A stretch of 64,000 nucleotides of DNA from the NCBI GenBank assembly GCA_036267495.1, contig DATAVY010000146.1, positions 2,756 through 66,755 of the forward strand. The letters are read 5' to 3'. This document shows, one piece after another, positions 39,477 to 50,461 of this stretch. The notes under the pieces were generated by a model. The model saw only the letters and a list, made by a program, of their open reading frames with translations. It did not search any database and was not told the DNA's origin. The position numbers were made by a program, and so were the translations under genes. Source of the stretch: Edaphobacter sp. GTDB taxonomy: Bacteria; Acidobacteriota; Terriglobia; Terriglobales; Acidobacteriaceae. Each line of letters opens with the position of its first letter. Position 1 is the stretch's first letter.

Positions 39477-40265
39477 CTAAGGGGTTACAGGGGTAGATGC
39501 GGCCCCTACAATTGGACCCATATCGCTGCGCTGGGCGAAGACGACGACGCGCATGCTGCCGGGAACCGCGTCGGAGGGAGCGTTCAGGTTGAATTTACGA
39601 GGTCCCGCAGCCAGGTCCTTGAGGCTGCCAATGCGTTGCATGGTTCGAACGACGCCCGCATGCTCCAGGTGTTTGCCGCCATTCTCCCCTTTCTTCACGT
39701 CGGTCATGTCGACAGGATCGACCAGTGCAGCGTAAAGATCTCCTTTGAACGGAAACGGGGGAGCGGAGACTTCGGCGGAGACGTGACGGCCGTCGACGGT
39801 AATGTTGGTTATGGTCAAGCCGACCTTCGGCGTCTGCGCTGCGGTTGTAATGGATTTGAGGGCATGCTCGGAGTCGCTGCCCAGGAACTGGTCGCTGCCG
39901 TCGACGATCATCTGTGGAGTGTAGCTATCGCTTACGTGCAGCTTGGTGGCATATTCGTTCTGGCGCTGAGTGTAGTCGGGAGAGGAGAAGCGGTCGCGCC
40001 AGCCGTCCTTGTCCCAGTAGTCGACATGCTCGCCCAAAATGATGATCTTGGCGCCGTTGACCGGTTGAAGATGTTCAAGTTTGCCGAGAAAAGCGTCGGC
40101 TGGAGGGCAGCTTGAACAGCCCTCGGAGGTGAAGAGCTCCACCAGCACTGGAGACCGTTCCGGTTTCACTCCAGTCTGCGCGTCGGCCGCTGCGGTCACA
40201 GATATCAGCAGGCTAAGGAAGAATCCATGAATGGCGATTGAGCGAAAGCGGCGAGGATCGATCAC
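39477..40265 (-). CDS. DUF1223 secreted thioredoxin-fold protein
   Basis: VELFTSEGCSSCPPAD, HVDYWD, YTPQ; GGAGG RBS before GTG 40265. Confidence 0.88.
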   Translation of the reverse strand: MIDPRRFRSIAIHGFFLSLLISVTAAADAQTGVKPERSPVLVELFTSEGCSSCPPADAFLGKLEHLQPVNGAKIIILGEHVDYWDKDGWRDRFSSPDYTQRQNEYATKLHVSDSYTPQMIVDGSDQFLGSDSEHALKSITTAAQTPKVGLTITNITVDGRHVSAEVSAPPFPFKGDLYAALVDPVDMTDVKKGENGGKHLEHAGVVRTMQRIGSLKDLAAGPRKFNLNAPSDAVPGSMRVVVFAQRSDMGPIVGAASTPVTP

Positions 40266-40360
40266 GATGTACCTCCAGGTATTGGACTGCGGAATGTGCT
40301 GCAGCTTGCCGTTCGGGAAGAGTATCTTCATGAAACAATTGAAGTGAGGATCCACCTGGA

Positions 40361-41587
40361 ATGGCTGCAACTGCCGGCATTTACATCTCGGTTCCATTTT
40401 GCAAGGCAAAGTGTACTTTCTGCAACTTTGCTTCGGGAGTGTTTGGGGAGGAGCGGATGCAGCCGTATATCGACCGGGTCTGCGGCGAAATCGACGCGGC
40501 GAGATCGAGAGCGGAGAAGATCGGTGCGTCGCTGCCCAGGCTCGCGGATACCATTTACTTTGGCGGGGGAACCCCGAGCCTGCTCTCGGCGCAACAGTTT
40601 CGTCAGATATTCCGGCATCTGCGGAGCGAGTTTGATGTTGCCGGAGATGCGGAGATTACGCTGGAGTGTGCGCCGGGACAGCTCGCGGATGAGACGTTAA
40701 ACGAGTTGCTGGGGCAGGGGATGAACCGCATCAGTTTCGGCGTGCAGTCGTTCGTGGATCGGGAGACGGCTGCAGTTGGGCGGCTGCATACCCGGCAGGA
40801 ATGCGAGGCGGAGTTTGCCCGTGTGCGGGCGGCGGGAATCGACGAGATCAACATCGACCTAATCGCTGGGCTCCCTCATCAGACTGCGCAGAGCTGGCGT
40901 TATTCCATGGAGCAGGCTATTGCCAGCGGGGTGCCGCACCTTAGCGTCTATCTGCTCGAAGTGGATGACGAATCGCGTTTGGGCCGCGAGATGCTGGAGA
41001 AGGGAAGCCGCTACAGCGCCTCTGCTGTGCCCAATGAGGACGAGACCGCGGAGTGGTATCTGCAGTCGTGCACTGCGTTCGATGCAGCAGGTGTATCTCA
41101 ATACGAAATCTCGAACTTTGCGCTGTCTGGTCATCGCTCGCGCCACAATATCAAATACTGGAAGCGTGAGCCGTACGCGGGCTTCGGCCTTGATGCTCAT
41201 TCGATGCTGCCCACAGAGACGGACGCCGTGCGATTCGCCAATACCAGCGATCTGGACGACTACCTGGGCAATGTGGCCGCGGGCACACCATTTCGTCTTC
41301 TCGAATCATCGCCAAACGCATTTGCAACCGAGGTCGCCATTATTGGTCGCAACCAAGCCTTTGAGGAATCGCTCTTCCTTGGGTTGCGTCTGAACGAGGG
41401 CGTCGATCTTGACCGTTTGCGGGATCGATTCGGCAACGCGATCGTGAACGATGCGCTGCCCGCGCTGCTTGAGGTTCTAGATGCCGGATTGCTGGAGATG
41501 AACTCCGGCAGCATACGTTTGACCTCGCAGGGACGGCTTGCCTCGAACGAAGTCTTCAGCCGCTTGTTGATCCCCGCGGCGGCATAG
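40361..41587 (+). CDS. hemW: Radical SAM heme chaperone HemW
   Basis: CKAKCTFC, GGGTPS, YEISNF, HNIKYW. Confidence 0.88.
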   Translation: MAATAGIYISVPFCKAKCTFCNFASGVFGEERMQPYIDRVCGEIDAARSRAEKIGASLPRLADTIYFGGGTPSLLSAQQFRQIFRHLRSEFDVAGDAEITLECAPGQLADETLNELLGQGMNRISFGVQSFVDRETAAVGRLHTRQECEAEFARVRAAGIDEINIDLIAGLPHQTAQSWRYSMEQAIASGVPHLSVYLLEVDDESRLGREMLEKGSRYSASAVPNEDETAEWYLQSCTAFDAAGVSQYEISNFALSGHRSRHNIKYWKREPYAGFGLDAHSMLPTETDAVRFANTSDLDDYLGNVAAGTPFRLLESSPNAFATEVAIIGRNQAFEESLFLGLRLNEGVDLDRLRDRFGNAIVNDALPALLEVLDAGLLEMNSGSIRLTSQGRLASNEVFSRLLIPAAA

Positions 41588-41627
41588 AAAATAAACCACA
41601 GATACGAAACAGGAGAGAACCAACATC

Positions 41628-42680
41628 ATGATCGATCTGCGCAGCGACACCGTCACCCGTCCAACTCCAGCCATGCGCGAGGCGATGGCCTCCGCGGAGG
41701 TCGGCGACGATGTTTATGGAGAAGACCCGACGATCAACCGTCTGGAAAAAGAGGCCGCCGAGGTGTTTGGGCGCGAGGCGTCCATCTTCGTTCCCACGGG
41801 AACGATGGGGAACCAGATTGCAATTCGGTTGCACACGCAGCATGGACAGGAGGTCATCTGCGAGGCTCGGTCCCACGTGCTGGATTGGGAGATGGCGATG
41901 ATGGCGGCATTCTCCGGTTGCCTGGCGCGGACGGTTGCCGCGTCGCGCGGCGTCCTGACGTGGGACCACATCAAGCCGGCGATCGGCGCGAAGATTCATT
42001 ACCGTGCCCAGACCGGCCTGGTCTGCCTGGAAAACACGCACAACATGGCTGGTGGAACGGTAACTCCGTTGCCGGTGCTCGAAGGAGTCTGGGCAGGAGC
42101 CAAAGAGGCAGGACTGCCTGTGCATCTTGACGGAGCGCGAATTTTCAATGCGGCTGCCGCGTTCGGCATAGGCGTGGCGAAGCTGACGAGCGGCTTCGAT
42201 ACGGTAATGTTCTGTCTCTCCAAAGGGCTGGGTGCGCCTGTCGGTTCCATGCTCGTCGGAAGCAGAAAGGCAATCGATCATGCGCGGGTTTATCGCAAGG
42301 CGCTGGGAGGGGGAATGCGGCAGGCGGGGGTTCTTGCGGCTGCAGGTCTTATTGCACTGCACGAGATGCCGAAACGTCTGCATGAGGACCATGCGAATGC
42401 ACGTCTCCTGGCCGATGCCGTTGCTGCACATCCTGATGCGGCGGAGATCGATCTTGAAGCCGTGCAGACCAATATCGTCATCTTCAAACTGCGGGACAAA
42501 CGCCAGAGCGGCGGAGGCGATGCGGCCGGCTTTACCGCTGGGTTGAAGCGGAAGGGCGTGCTGGTCAGCGCCATCGGTCCGCATGCGATTCGGTTCGTCA
42601 CGCACTATGATGTTGACCGCAGCGCGTGTGAGAAGGCCGCTGCGATCGTGTCCGAAGAACTCAGGTTGTCGATTACCTAG
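41628..42680 (+). CDS. ltaE: Low-specificity L-threonine aldolase
   Basis: [30 protein letters not shown]. Confidence 0.93.
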   Translation: MIDLRSDTVTRPTPAMREAMASAEVGDDVYGEDPTINRLEKEAAEVFGREASIFVPTGTMGNQIAIRLHTQHGQEVICEARSHVLDWEMAMMAAFSGCLARTVAASRGVLTWDHIKPAIGAKIHYRAQTGLVCLENTHNMAGGTVTPLPVLEGVWAGAKEAGLPVHLDGARIFNAAAAFGIGVAKLTSGFDTVMFCLSKGLGAPVGSMLVGSRKAIDHARVYRKALGGGMRQAGVLAAAGLIALHEMPKRLHEDHANARLLADAVAAHPDAAEIDLEAVQTNIVIFKLRDKRQSGGGDAAGFTAGLKRKGVLVSAIGPHAIRFVTHYDVDRSACEKAAAIVSEELRLSIT

Positions 42681-44473
42681 CCGCCGCCGGCGTTAATTAT
42701 TGGGTTAGTCTCGAGAAAGACGCTGACGACTGTGCCGTGCGACGCCTGACTGGTATCGCTTTCGAGCGCGATTGTGCCGCCGTGCTTGTTGATGATGCCG
42801 CGGCTGACCCAGAGACCCAGTCCGGTTCCGTGCTCGCCTTTAGTGGTGAAGAATGGCTGGAATAGATGAGGGCGAACGTCCTCCGGGACGCCCGGGCCGT
42901 TGTCGGCAATGGTTATCTTTGCGCCCTTCTGCGTCCTCTGTCCGGCTCCATCCAGACCAGCAGCTTGAGGCACGATGCTTATCTTCACCTCACCGCCGGG
43001 TCCGGCAGCCTCTGCCGCGTTGGTAATGAGGTTATTGAAGACCTGCCGCAGCTCCGCAGGAAAGGCGGCCACGGAGACAGGCTTCAGCATATCGGTCTGA
43101 ACCGTGACGCCGAGATCGGACAGACGCCTTTCCAGCAGCAGAAGAATCTCCTGCAGCATCTCCTTGAGCTCCACGACGACAGGCGCTTTGGACTCGCGAT
43201 AGAGCCCAAGCATGGCGCGGCTGATCTGGGTTACCCGCGTAAGCTCCTGCTCGGCCATGTCCATAAACTGATTCGACTCCTCCGAAGATGCGCCATTACG
43301 CATGAGATAGAGCAGGTTCGAGACCGAATCGAGCGGGTTGTGAATCTCATGCGCGATCGTCGCCGCCAGCCGCCCTGCGACAGCAAGTTTTTCATTCGCG
43401 ATCAAGGCGTCCTGGGTCTTTCGCTCCATCGTAATGTCGCGAAACACCAGAACGATGCCTGTCGTTTCGCCTCGTTTGTCGCGGATGGGAGCGCCGCTGT
43501 CGGCAATCTTCAGTTCTGTTCCATCTTTGCGGATAAGCACGGTGTGGTTCGCCATGCCGACGATCCGGTTCAGTCGTTTGACCTTGGCTACGGGAGTTTC
43601 CACGGTTTCACGGGTGGTTTCATTGACGATAGGAAAGACCTTTTCGAGCAATTCTCCGCGCGCCTCGGCGAGGCTCCATCCAGTCAGCTCCCTGGCAATG
43701 GGGTTCATCATCTGCACTCGTCCCTTGGCGTCGCAGGTGATCACGCCGTCGCCGATGGAATCGAGGGTGGTGCGAAGCTGCTGCTCCGATTGAAAGAGCT
43801 CCTCGGCGCGCCGTCCCAGTATCTCCAGCGTCGCCTGATATGCGGCTGAGACGGAGTGCAGGCGGTTGCGGGTGAATAGACCGATCAGCACGCCCATACC
43901 GAGCGCCAGAAACAGCAGCGCCAACAGCATGGTGTGGACCTGGCGGTGCCACCGAGCGATGCGTCTCGCCTTGTTGTCTTCGGCCTTGTGGATGAGGTCG
44001 TCGAGGTCGTGACGAACGTCGTCCATCAGCACTTTGCCATGAAGATTCAGGGCGACGTCATTGGCCTTGCCCCCTCCGCGGACCTGGCCGATGACAGGAA
44101 TCGCGAAGCCGTCCCGCCATGTCTCATGCTCTTCGCGCAGATCGGTGATGTCGTGTTTCTGGTCTTGGTCGTCCCGGGCCAGGTCGCCCAGGTTTTTAAT
44201 CTCCTCCTGAATGTGCGCTTCGGCCTCGGAGAATGGTTCCAGAAACTGCGGATCGCCTGTGGTCTCGTACCCGCGCAGGCCGGACTCTTCATCGGCGATC
44301 AGCTTCGAAACGAGAGCCGCCTGAGAGATCCGGGCATCGGCATCCTGGATCAGGTTCACCGTCAAATTGGCATTGCGAATCTGAACGTAGAGCGCGCCGG
44401 CCACTACCAGCAGGGCCACCACAGGCAGAAGAAAGACCTGCCGCAGAATGTTGTTGAACTGACTTAGATTCAC
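42677..44473 (-). CDS. Sensor histidine kinase (CHASE3-like, PAS, HisKA, HATPase)
   Basis: Two TMs flanking [35 protein letters not shown]. Confidence 0.92.
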   Translation of the reverse strand: MNLSQFNNILRQVFLLPVVALLVVAGALYVQIRNANLTVNLIQDADARISQAALVSKLIADEESGLRGYETTGDPQFLEPFSEAEAHIQEEIKNLGDLARDDQDQKHDITDLREEHETWRDGFAIPVIGQVRGGGKANDVALNLHGKVLMDDVRHDLDDLIHKAEDNKARRIARWHRQVHTMLLALLFLALGMGVLIGLFTRNRLHSVSAAYQATLEILGRRAEELFQSEQQLRTTLDSIGDGVITCDAKGRVQMMNPIARELTGWSLAEARGELLEKVFPIVNETTRETVETPVAKVKRLNRIVGMANHTVLIRKDGTELKIADSGAPIRDKRGETTGIVLVFRDITMERKTQDALIANEKLAVAGRLAATIAHEIHNPLDSVSNLLYLMRNGASSEESNQFMDMAEQELTRVTQISRAMLGLYRESKAPVVVELKEMLQEILLLLERRLSDLGVTVQTDMLKPVSVAAFPAELRQVFNNLITNAAEAAGPGGEVKISIVPQAAGLDGAGQRTQKGAKITIADNGPGVPEDVRPHLFQPFFTTKGEHGTGLGLWVSRGIINKHGGTIALESDTSQASHGTVVSVFLETNPIINAGGG

Positions 44474-44497
44474 AGCCCTCTCGTCTCTTACCAGCTT

Positions 44498-44872
44498 CTA
44501 CGATGTACTCACCGGGCGCAGCAAGCTGTTTAGCTTTTCCAGAAGAACCGGCGCGCCTTCCCCCTTGGTCATATACATATCGACGAGGGAGGTCACTTCG
44601 GAGGACAGACCCATATAAGCGGAGAGAAGAAGAATTGGAACCTGCGGCTTGGCCAGGCGCATTCTGACCGCGACTTCGCCGCCGTGCATTCCCGGCATGG
44701 AGTAGTCGAGGATAACCGCCTCTACCGGCTCGGCAGAGAAGATCGCAAGTCCGGACGGTCCATCGGGCGCCGTCAGCACCCGATATCCCGCGCGCTCCAG
44801 CAGAATCTTTCGAATCCGAAGCCCGACCAACTCGTCGTCCACGCACAGCACTAAATTGGAGGCTGCTTTCAT
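44498..44872 (-). CDS. Single-domain response regulator
   Basis: VDDE, ILDYSMPGMHG, conserved K. Confidence 0.9.
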   Translation of the reverse strand: MKAASNLVLCVDDELVGLRIRKILLERAGYRVLTAPDGPSGLAIFSAEPVEAVILDYSMPGMHGGEVAVRMRLAKPQVPILLLSAYMGLSSEVTSLVDMYMTKGEGAPVLLEKLNSLLRPVSTS

Positions 44873-44986
44873 AGAGTCCGATTACGCTCAGGTTGCGTAC
44901 ATTATTTAAGAGTATACGAGGGGTATTCAATTTCCGAATTCCTTCGCAGGATTCATCGTACGTTCGCAATCTCCGAGCCGCTGTGC

Positions 44987-45008
44987 GCTAACCTTGTGTT
45001 AATCATGT
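44987..45008 (+). promoter_or_regulatory. Candidate Pho box upstream of phoB
   Basis: Imperfect 11-bp direct repeat GCTAACCTTGT/GTTAATCATGT. Confidence 0.35.
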
Positions 45009-45033
45009 TGCTGATTCGCCTGAGGTCTACGAA

Positions 45034-45738
45034 GTGAGTCAAACCATCTTTGTGTTGGAAGATGATGCGGACATCTCCCGGCTGGTGCAATATCATCTTG
45101 AAAGCGCCGGTTTTACTATTCGCCCGTATATTGCAATCAATCAAATACTTAGCGATGCTGAACGCCAGCCCCCCGCCCTCTTTCTTTTGGACATCATGGT
45201 GCCCGGCGGCGATGGTCTGGACCTGTGCCGCAGACTGCGCCAGAATCCTTCGCTCAGTATCGTTCCGATCATTTTCCTTACCGCGCGGGCAGCGGAGAAC
45301 GATCGGGTTCACGGCCTCGAACTGGGCGCCGACGACTACATCACCAAACCTTTCGCCACACGCGAACTGGTAGCCCGCGTCAAGGCGGTTCTGCGCCGCT
45401 TCGAACGGCCGACTTCGCCTTCCATCCTGAAGTTCGAAAACGTCGAAATCGATGCCGGCGCCATGCAGCTTCGGGTGGCTGGGGAACTGGTGACGACCAC
45501 CGCAACCGAGTTCCGCCTGCTCGACTACCTTGCCCGCCATCCCGGGAGGGTTTTCAGCCGCGACCACCTGCTCGACGCGGTCTGGGGCGATGCGCGTTTC
45601 GTTACTCCTCGATCGGTTGATGTCTATGTCCGCCGAATTCGCGAAAAGATCGAGAATGATGCCGAAACGCCGCGTTATCTTAAAACCATGAGAGGCGCCG
45701 GCTATCGCTTTGAAATCCCGAAGGCCGTTCCCGCCTGA
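45034..45738 (+). CDS. phoB: PhoB-like OmpR-family response regulator
   Basis: Receiver domain plus winged helix (GADDYITKPF, RSVDVYVRRIR); upstream of phoR and pst. Confidence 0.85.
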   Translation: MSQTIFVLEDDADISRLVQYHLESAGFTIRPYIAINQILSDAERQPPALFLLDIMVPGGDGLDLCRRLRQNPSLSIVPIIFLTARAAENDRVHGLELGADDYITKPFATRELVARVKAVLRRFERPTSPSILKFENVEIDAGAMQLRVAGELVTTTATEFRLLDYLARHPGRVFSRDHLLDAVWGDARFVTPRSVDVYVRRIREKIENDAETPRYLKTMRGAGYRFEIPKAVPA

Positions 45739-45744
45739 GAAGGA

Positions 45745-45830
45745 CAGTTGCAGGTTGCAATTGCCGGCGCAAGGCGATTTCCGCGGAGATGAAGCTGCAG
45801 ACCGACAACTGAGAACCGGCAACTTGCAAC
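45745..45830. repeat. Inverted heptamer-repeat element between phoB and phoR
   Basis: CAGTTGC-AGGTTGC-AATTGCC on the left; CGACAAC-TGAGAAC-CGGCAAC-TTGCAAC on the right; arms are complementary. Confidence 0.6.
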
Positions 45831-45843
45831 CCAGAGGCAGCTC

Positions 45844-47229
45844 GTGACGCGTGGTCTCTTTTTTTCGTTCTTCATCCGCATAACCATCGCCCTTGCCTTC
45901 GTGGTGGCGATGCGGTTGTGGTTCAATCCGCGCGGGTGGGTGCTCGACGTCGTGATTGTGGTCGTCTGGGCGGCCATCAATGCTTATTTACTGGCGCGTT
46001 CCGTGCGGCAGAATATTGCGCGCCTTCAGGCCTCGACGGCGGTGATTCCCGAGCGCCACGTCGGCATCATCGATCCCTCCTATAGCGACTTCGATGGCCT
46101 CGCCCGTGCCATTTCGCTGGCCTCCGATCATGTCGAGCACGCTTTGAACGATGCCGCCGAGAGCCGCCGCGAGCTCGAAGCCATGATCGACAGCATGCAG
46201 AATGCCGTCATCGCGGTCGATTCGGCGGGACGCATTCAATGGAGCAATCCGCGCATGCAGCGCCTGCTTCCGGATACTTCGTTCGGCAGCGTCGTACGAG
46301 TCGGACATTCTCTGGTCCAGACCATCCGCGACCCCAGCGTTCTTGAGCGCGTCCGCATCACGCTCGAGCAGCGTATCGTCAGCGAAGGCCGCTCCACCTC
46401 GCTGGTGCCCGGCCGCATCTTTGAGATTGCCGTCTCGCCTATGCCCGGCGGCGGCGCGGTCGCCGTCCTGCACGACATCACCCGCATCGAGCAGGTTGAG
46501 CGCACACAGCGCGATTTTGTCGCGAATGTCTCGCACGAGCTTCGCACTCCACTCACGTCCATCTCCGGCTATGTCGAGACCCTGCTCGACCACGAAGACT
46601 CGCTCAGCCCCCAGGCCCGCGATTTCCTGTCGACCATTCTCAAAAACGCTACTCGCATGAGCCGCCTTACCGAAGACCTCCTGGTTATGGCGCGGGTCGA
46701 ATCCTCCGAACAGGAACTGCACCCGGGACCGATTCCCGCCGACGTGCTCGTGCGCGATGCCGTTCAGGCGATGAGCGGCCTGGTTCAGGATACCGAGGCG
46801 ATCCTCGAGATCGGCGAGATTACCTCTGCCGAGGTGATTGCCGACGCCGACGCCATACTTCAGGTCTTGAGCAACCTGATCGAAAACGGTATTAAATACG
46901 GCCAGGCGCGCAATGAGACCTGCAGTAGAATTCTGGTCAGCGCCCGCGAGGTCTCCGAACCTGTCGACTCCTCAGGCCCGGGTGCAGTCGAGTTCAGCGT
47001 CCGCGACTTCGGCCAGGGCATCGCCTCCGAACATCTCAGCCGCATCTTCGAACGCTTCTACCGGGTTGATAAGGCGCGCTCTCGGGAATCCGGCGGCACT
47101 GGCCTGGGTCTCGCCATTGCACACCACACTGTGCTGTCCCACGGAGGCAACATTCGCGCCGAAAGTGAGTTGAACGCCGGCAGCAATTTCATCTTCACGC
47201 TTCCAAGAGCCTTGTCGCCTGCGGAATAA
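45844..47229 (+). CDS. phoR: Phosphate regulon sensor kinase PhoR
   Basis: DFVANVSHELRTPLT, RIFERFYRVDKARSRESGGTGLGL. Confidence 0.9.
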   Translation: MTRGLFFSFFIRITIALAFVVAMRLWFNPRGWVLDVVIVVVWAAINAYLLARSVRQNIARLQASTAVIPERHVGIIDPSYSDFDGLARAISLASDHVEHALNDAAESRRELEAMIDSMQNAVIAVDSAGRIQWSNPRMQRLLPDTSFGSVVRVGHSLVQTIRDPSVLERVRITLEQRIVSEGRSTSLVPGRIFEIAVSPMPGGGAVAVLHDITRIEQVERTQRDFVANVSHELRTPLTSISGYVETLLDHEDSLSPQARDFLSTILKNATRMSRLTEDLLVMARVESSEQELHPGPIPADVLVRDAVQAMSGLVQDTEAILEIGEITSAEVIADADAILQVLSNLIENGIKYGQARNETCSRILVSAREVSEPVDSSGPGAVEFSVRDFGQGIASEHLSRIFERFYRVDKARSRESGGTGLGLAIAHHTVLSHGGNIRAESELNAGSNFIFTLPRALSPAE

Positions 47230-47246
47230 CGCCGTTTTCACCCCCA

Positions 47247-47268
47247 TGTAACCTTCCCGTAACAATCG
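47247..47268 (+). promoter_or_regulatory. Candidate Pho box upstream of pstS
   Basis: TGTAACCTTCC/CGTAACAATCG, GTAAC repeated at 11-bp spacing. Confidence 0.55.
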
Positions 47269-47338
47269 CGCCTCACACTCGATGCAGTGATGTATTGACC
47301 GATTGCTCATATCGATGCATTGTCCGAGGGAGAAAAGC

Positions 47339-48346
47339 GTGAATTTGAAACTGATCGCAGCAGGTGTCCTGGCGCTCGCAACCGTTGGAGCCAGCGCACA
47401 GAACATCAATGGAGCGGGAGCGACCTTCCCCTACCCCATCTATTCCAAATGGTTCAGCGAATACAGCCATCTGAACCCAAGCGTCAAGATCAACTACCAG
47501 TCCATCGGCTCCGGCGGCGGCATCCGGCAGGTCACTGAGGGCACGATCGACTTCGGCGCCAGCGATGGTCCCATGACCGATCAACAGTTAAGCCAGGCCA
47601 AGGTCAAGGTGATGCACATTCCCACCGTCCTCGGGGCGGTGGTGCCGGTGTACAACCTCCCCGGGGTTAACAAGGAACTCAACTTCTCCGGAGACGTCAT
47701 CGCGGACATCTATCTCGGCAAAATTACCAAGTGGAATGACGCTCGCATCACGAAGGACAACCCCGGCATCAGTCTGCCGGACAAGGCAATCCTTCCCGTT
47801 TATCGTTCGGACGGAAGCGGAACCACCTATATATTTTCCGATTACCTCTCGAAGGTCTCTTCCGGTTGGCAGTCCGGACCGGGTAAGGGAACCGCGATCA
47901 ACTGGCCCACCGGCATCGGTCAGAAGGGAAATGAGGGCGTTGCCGGCATGGTTCGCCAGTCGCCTTATTCTTTTGGCTATGTCGAGCTCATCTATGCGGT
48001 GCAGAACAAGATGTCCTACGGTTCAGTCAAGAACGCATCCGGCAAATATGTGAAGGCAAGCACTGAGGGAGTTACTGCCGCCGCCGCTGCCGCCGCCAAA
48101 ACGATGCCAGCCGACTACCGCGTGTCCATCACCAATGCCCCAGGGGCAGACTCCTACCCGATCTCCAGCTTTACCTGGCTTCTGATTCCGACCCACTCGA
48201 CGGATCCTGCCAAGGCAAAAGCGCTTGCAGATTTCGTCGGCTGGATGCTCGACCATGGAGAGGGCGAAGCCGCAGCTCTAACCTACGCTCCGTTGCCGAA
48301 GCCGGTGCAGGAGATGGTTCGCAAGAGCATCGCAAACATCAAATAG
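47339..48346 (+). CDS. pstS: Phosphate ABC transporter substrate-binding protein
   Basis: GAGATFP, GSGGG, DFGASD, RSDGSGTT; GGGAGA RBS before GTG. Confidence 0.96.
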   Translation: MNLKLIAAGVLALATVGASAQNINGAGATFPYPIYSKWFSEYSHLNPSVKINYQSIGSGGGIRQVTEGTIDFGASDGPMTDQQLSQAKVKVMHIPTVLGAVVPVYNLPGVNKELNFSGDVIADIYLGKITKWNDARITKDNPGISLPDKAILPVYRSDGSGTTYIFSDYLSKVSSGWQSGPGKGTAINWPTGIGQKGNEGVAGMVRQSPYSFGYVELIYAVQNKMSYGSVKNASGKYVKASTEGVTAAAAAAAKTMPADYRVSITNAPGADSYPISSFTWLLIPTHSTDPAKAKALADFVGWMLDHGEGEAAALTYAPLPKPVQEMVRKSIANIK

Positions 48347-48352
48347 CGTGTC

Positions 48353-48388
48353 TGCCGCACGAATTCGCAATTTCGAATTCGTGCGGCA
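48353..48388 (+). other. Perfect 15-bp stem hairpin between pstS and pstC (mRNA stabiliser or partial terminator)
   Basis: TGCCGCACGAATTCG-CAATTT-CGAATTCGTGCGGCA. Confidence 0.7.
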
Positions 48389-48462
48389 CCTTTCCCACCA
48401 CCTTATTATTGTTTAGCCCGATACAATCGACCCCAAGAAGCAGCTCGACAGGAATCAGGACT

Positions 48463-49533
48463 GTGTCCTCCACGCGTATGACTGACGAACGAGAATCCAG
48501 GCCGGTGTCGCCTATCCTGCCCAATCCGCCTGCGGTTTTTGCCCTGGAGCCGGCGACGCCTCCGTCCGACACCGCTCCATCGGTCATCCGCGACTATCTC
48601 AGCAAACGTGGAAGCGGTCGTCTGGCCGATAACAGCCTCGCCACAGTCATGCTCCTGTGCGGACTCTCTATCTTTGCCATTGTTCTCTTCATCCTTGGCA
48701 TTCTGGTTTTTCACTCGCGGCCCAGTCTGATGCAGTTCGGCTGGAAGTTTTTCACCCGCCAGGCCTGGGATCCGGTCTCTGGCGATTTTGGCGCGCTGCC
48801 TTTCATCTACGGCACACTCGCCTCCTCGCTGCTTGCTCTATGCATGGCTGTCCCTCTGGCTTTGGGCGTGGCCGTCTTCCTTACTGAGCTCTGCCCCCGG
48901 CCATTGCGTGCCCCCATCTCGTTCCTCACGGAGTTGCTCGCTGCCATTCCCAGCGTCGTCTATGGCCTCTGGGCGGTCTTCGTTCTCGTCCCAATCATGC
49001 GCGACATCCTCGGCCCATTTCTCGTCAAGACTCTGGGCTGGACGGGCTTATTCGGCGGCGCGAACTTTGGCGTAGGCCTGCTAACGGCCAGTATGATCCT
49101 CGCGATCATGATTCTGCCCATCATCTCTTCGCTCACTCGCGACATCATGACCGCTGTACCCAACAGCCAGCGCGAAGCTGTGCTCGCCCTCGGCGCCACA
49201 CGCTGGGAGATGATCCGCATCGGCGTTCTACGCAATTCACGCATCGGCATCGTCGGCGCCATCATGCTCGGACTTGGCCGCGCGCTGGGTGAAACGATGG
49301 CCGTCACTATGGTCATCGGCAACCATCCCAGCATCGCCAAGTCTCTCTTCGCTCCCGCCAACACGCTCGCCAGCGTCATTGCCGGAGAGTTCTCCGAAGC
49401 CACCAGCGACATCTATCTCAGCGCGCTCATCGAGATTGGCCTCGCGCTGTTCCTCGTCACCATCGTCGTCAATGCCATCGCCCGCCTTATGGTCTGGGCG
49501 GTCACACGCAACGCTCCGGCACGGGCGCACTGA
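48463..49533 (+). CDS. pstC: Phosphate ABC transporter permease PstC
   Basis: ELLAAIPSVVYGLW, EAVLALGATRWE, RALGETMAV; start approximate. Confidence 0.95.
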   Translation: MSSTRMTDERESRPVSPILPNPPAVFALEPATPPSDTAPSVIRDYLSKRGSGRLADNSLATVMLLCGLSIFAIVLFILGILVFHSRPSLMQFGWKFFTRQAWDPVSGDFGALPFIYGTLASSLLALCMAVPLALGVAVFLTELCPRPLRAPISFLTELLAAIPSVVYGLWAVFVLVPIMRDILGPFLVKTLGWTGLFGGANFGVGLLTASMILAIMILPIISSLTRDIMTAVPNSQREAVLALGATRWEMIRIGVLRNSRIGIVGAIMLGLGRALGETMAVTMVIGNHPSIAKSLFAPANTLASVIAGEFSEATSDIYLSALIEIGLALFLVTIVVNAIARLMVWAVTRNAPARAH

Positions 49534-49534
49534 C

Positions 49535-50461
49535 ATGGCTACTCAACCTCTCAACAATCAGCCCGTCAACAATCAACCCCGTCCCATGGACTTTCAAACC
49601 AGGTCCATGCGCATCAATAATGCCCGCCGCACGGCGACCAACTACTTCATCGCCGGCCTCTCCATTCTCGCAACGGCGCTGGTGATCCTTCCCCTGATCG
49701 CGATCCTTTTTTATCTGGTCTACAAGGGCGCGAGTTCGTTGAATCTGGCCTTCTTCACTCACCTTCCTGCTCCTGTCGGCGAAGAAGGCGGGGGCATGGC
49801 TAACTCCATCGTCGGCTCTGGAATCATTCTTCTACTGGCTAGTCTGATGGGCATTCCCATTGGAATCGCAGCAGGAGTTTACCTTGCAGAATTCGGCCGC
49901 GGCAGGGCCCTCGCCACAGCCATCCGCTTTACCGCCGATGTGCTGAATGGCGTCCCTTCGATCGTGATGGGCATCTCCATCTACTCGCTCATCGTGGCGC
50001 AGCAGAAGCACTTTTCCGCGCTTGCCGGCGGCGTGGCGCTCGCCATCATGATGGTCCCCACCATTACCCGGACTACGGAAGAGATGCTCGCCACCGTTCC
50101 CCACGCCATCCGCGAAGCGGCGCTCGGCCTCGGCGTTCCCAAATGGCGCACCGCCGTCTCGGTCAGCCTGCGAACAGCCTCGCCCGGCATCATCACCGGC
50201 TGCATGCTGGCCTTCGCCAGGGTTGCCGGAGAGACCGCGCCGCTGCTCTTCACCGCCTTCGGCAATCAGTTCTGGAGTTTCAAGCTCAACGAGCCTATCG
50301 CCGCCCTGCCCTTGCAGATTTACGTCTACGCCATCTCGCCTTACGATGAGTGGCATCGTCTCGCATGGGCCGGTTCGCTCGTTCTTATCGTTATGATCAT
50401 GGTGTCAGTCACGCTCGTCCGTATCTTTGCCAACCGCGGCGTACTCAGGGGAGGAAGCTAG
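49535..50461 (+). CDS. pstA: Phosphate ABC transporter permease PstA
   Basis: [27 protein letters not shown]. Confidence 0.95.
   Translation: MATQPLNNQPVNNQPRPMDFQTRSMRINNARRTATNYFIAGLSILATALVILPLIAILFYLVYKGASSLNLAFFTHLPAPVGEEGGGMANSIVGSGIILLLASLMGIPIGIAAGVYLAEFGRGRALATAIRFTADVLNGVPSIVMGISIYSLIVAQQKHFSALAGGVALAIMMVPTITRTTEEMLATVPHAIREAALGLGVPKWRTAVSVSLRTASPGIITGCMLAFARVAGETAPLLFTAFGNQFWSFKLNEPIAALPLQIYVYAISPYDEWHRLAWAGSLVLIVMIMVSVTLVRIFANRGVLRGGS

Noticed and set aside
44890-44925. AT-rich stretch as a dif site near a skew switch
   Set aside because: No XerD arm (TTATGTTAAAT-like); better explained as a divergent promoter region.
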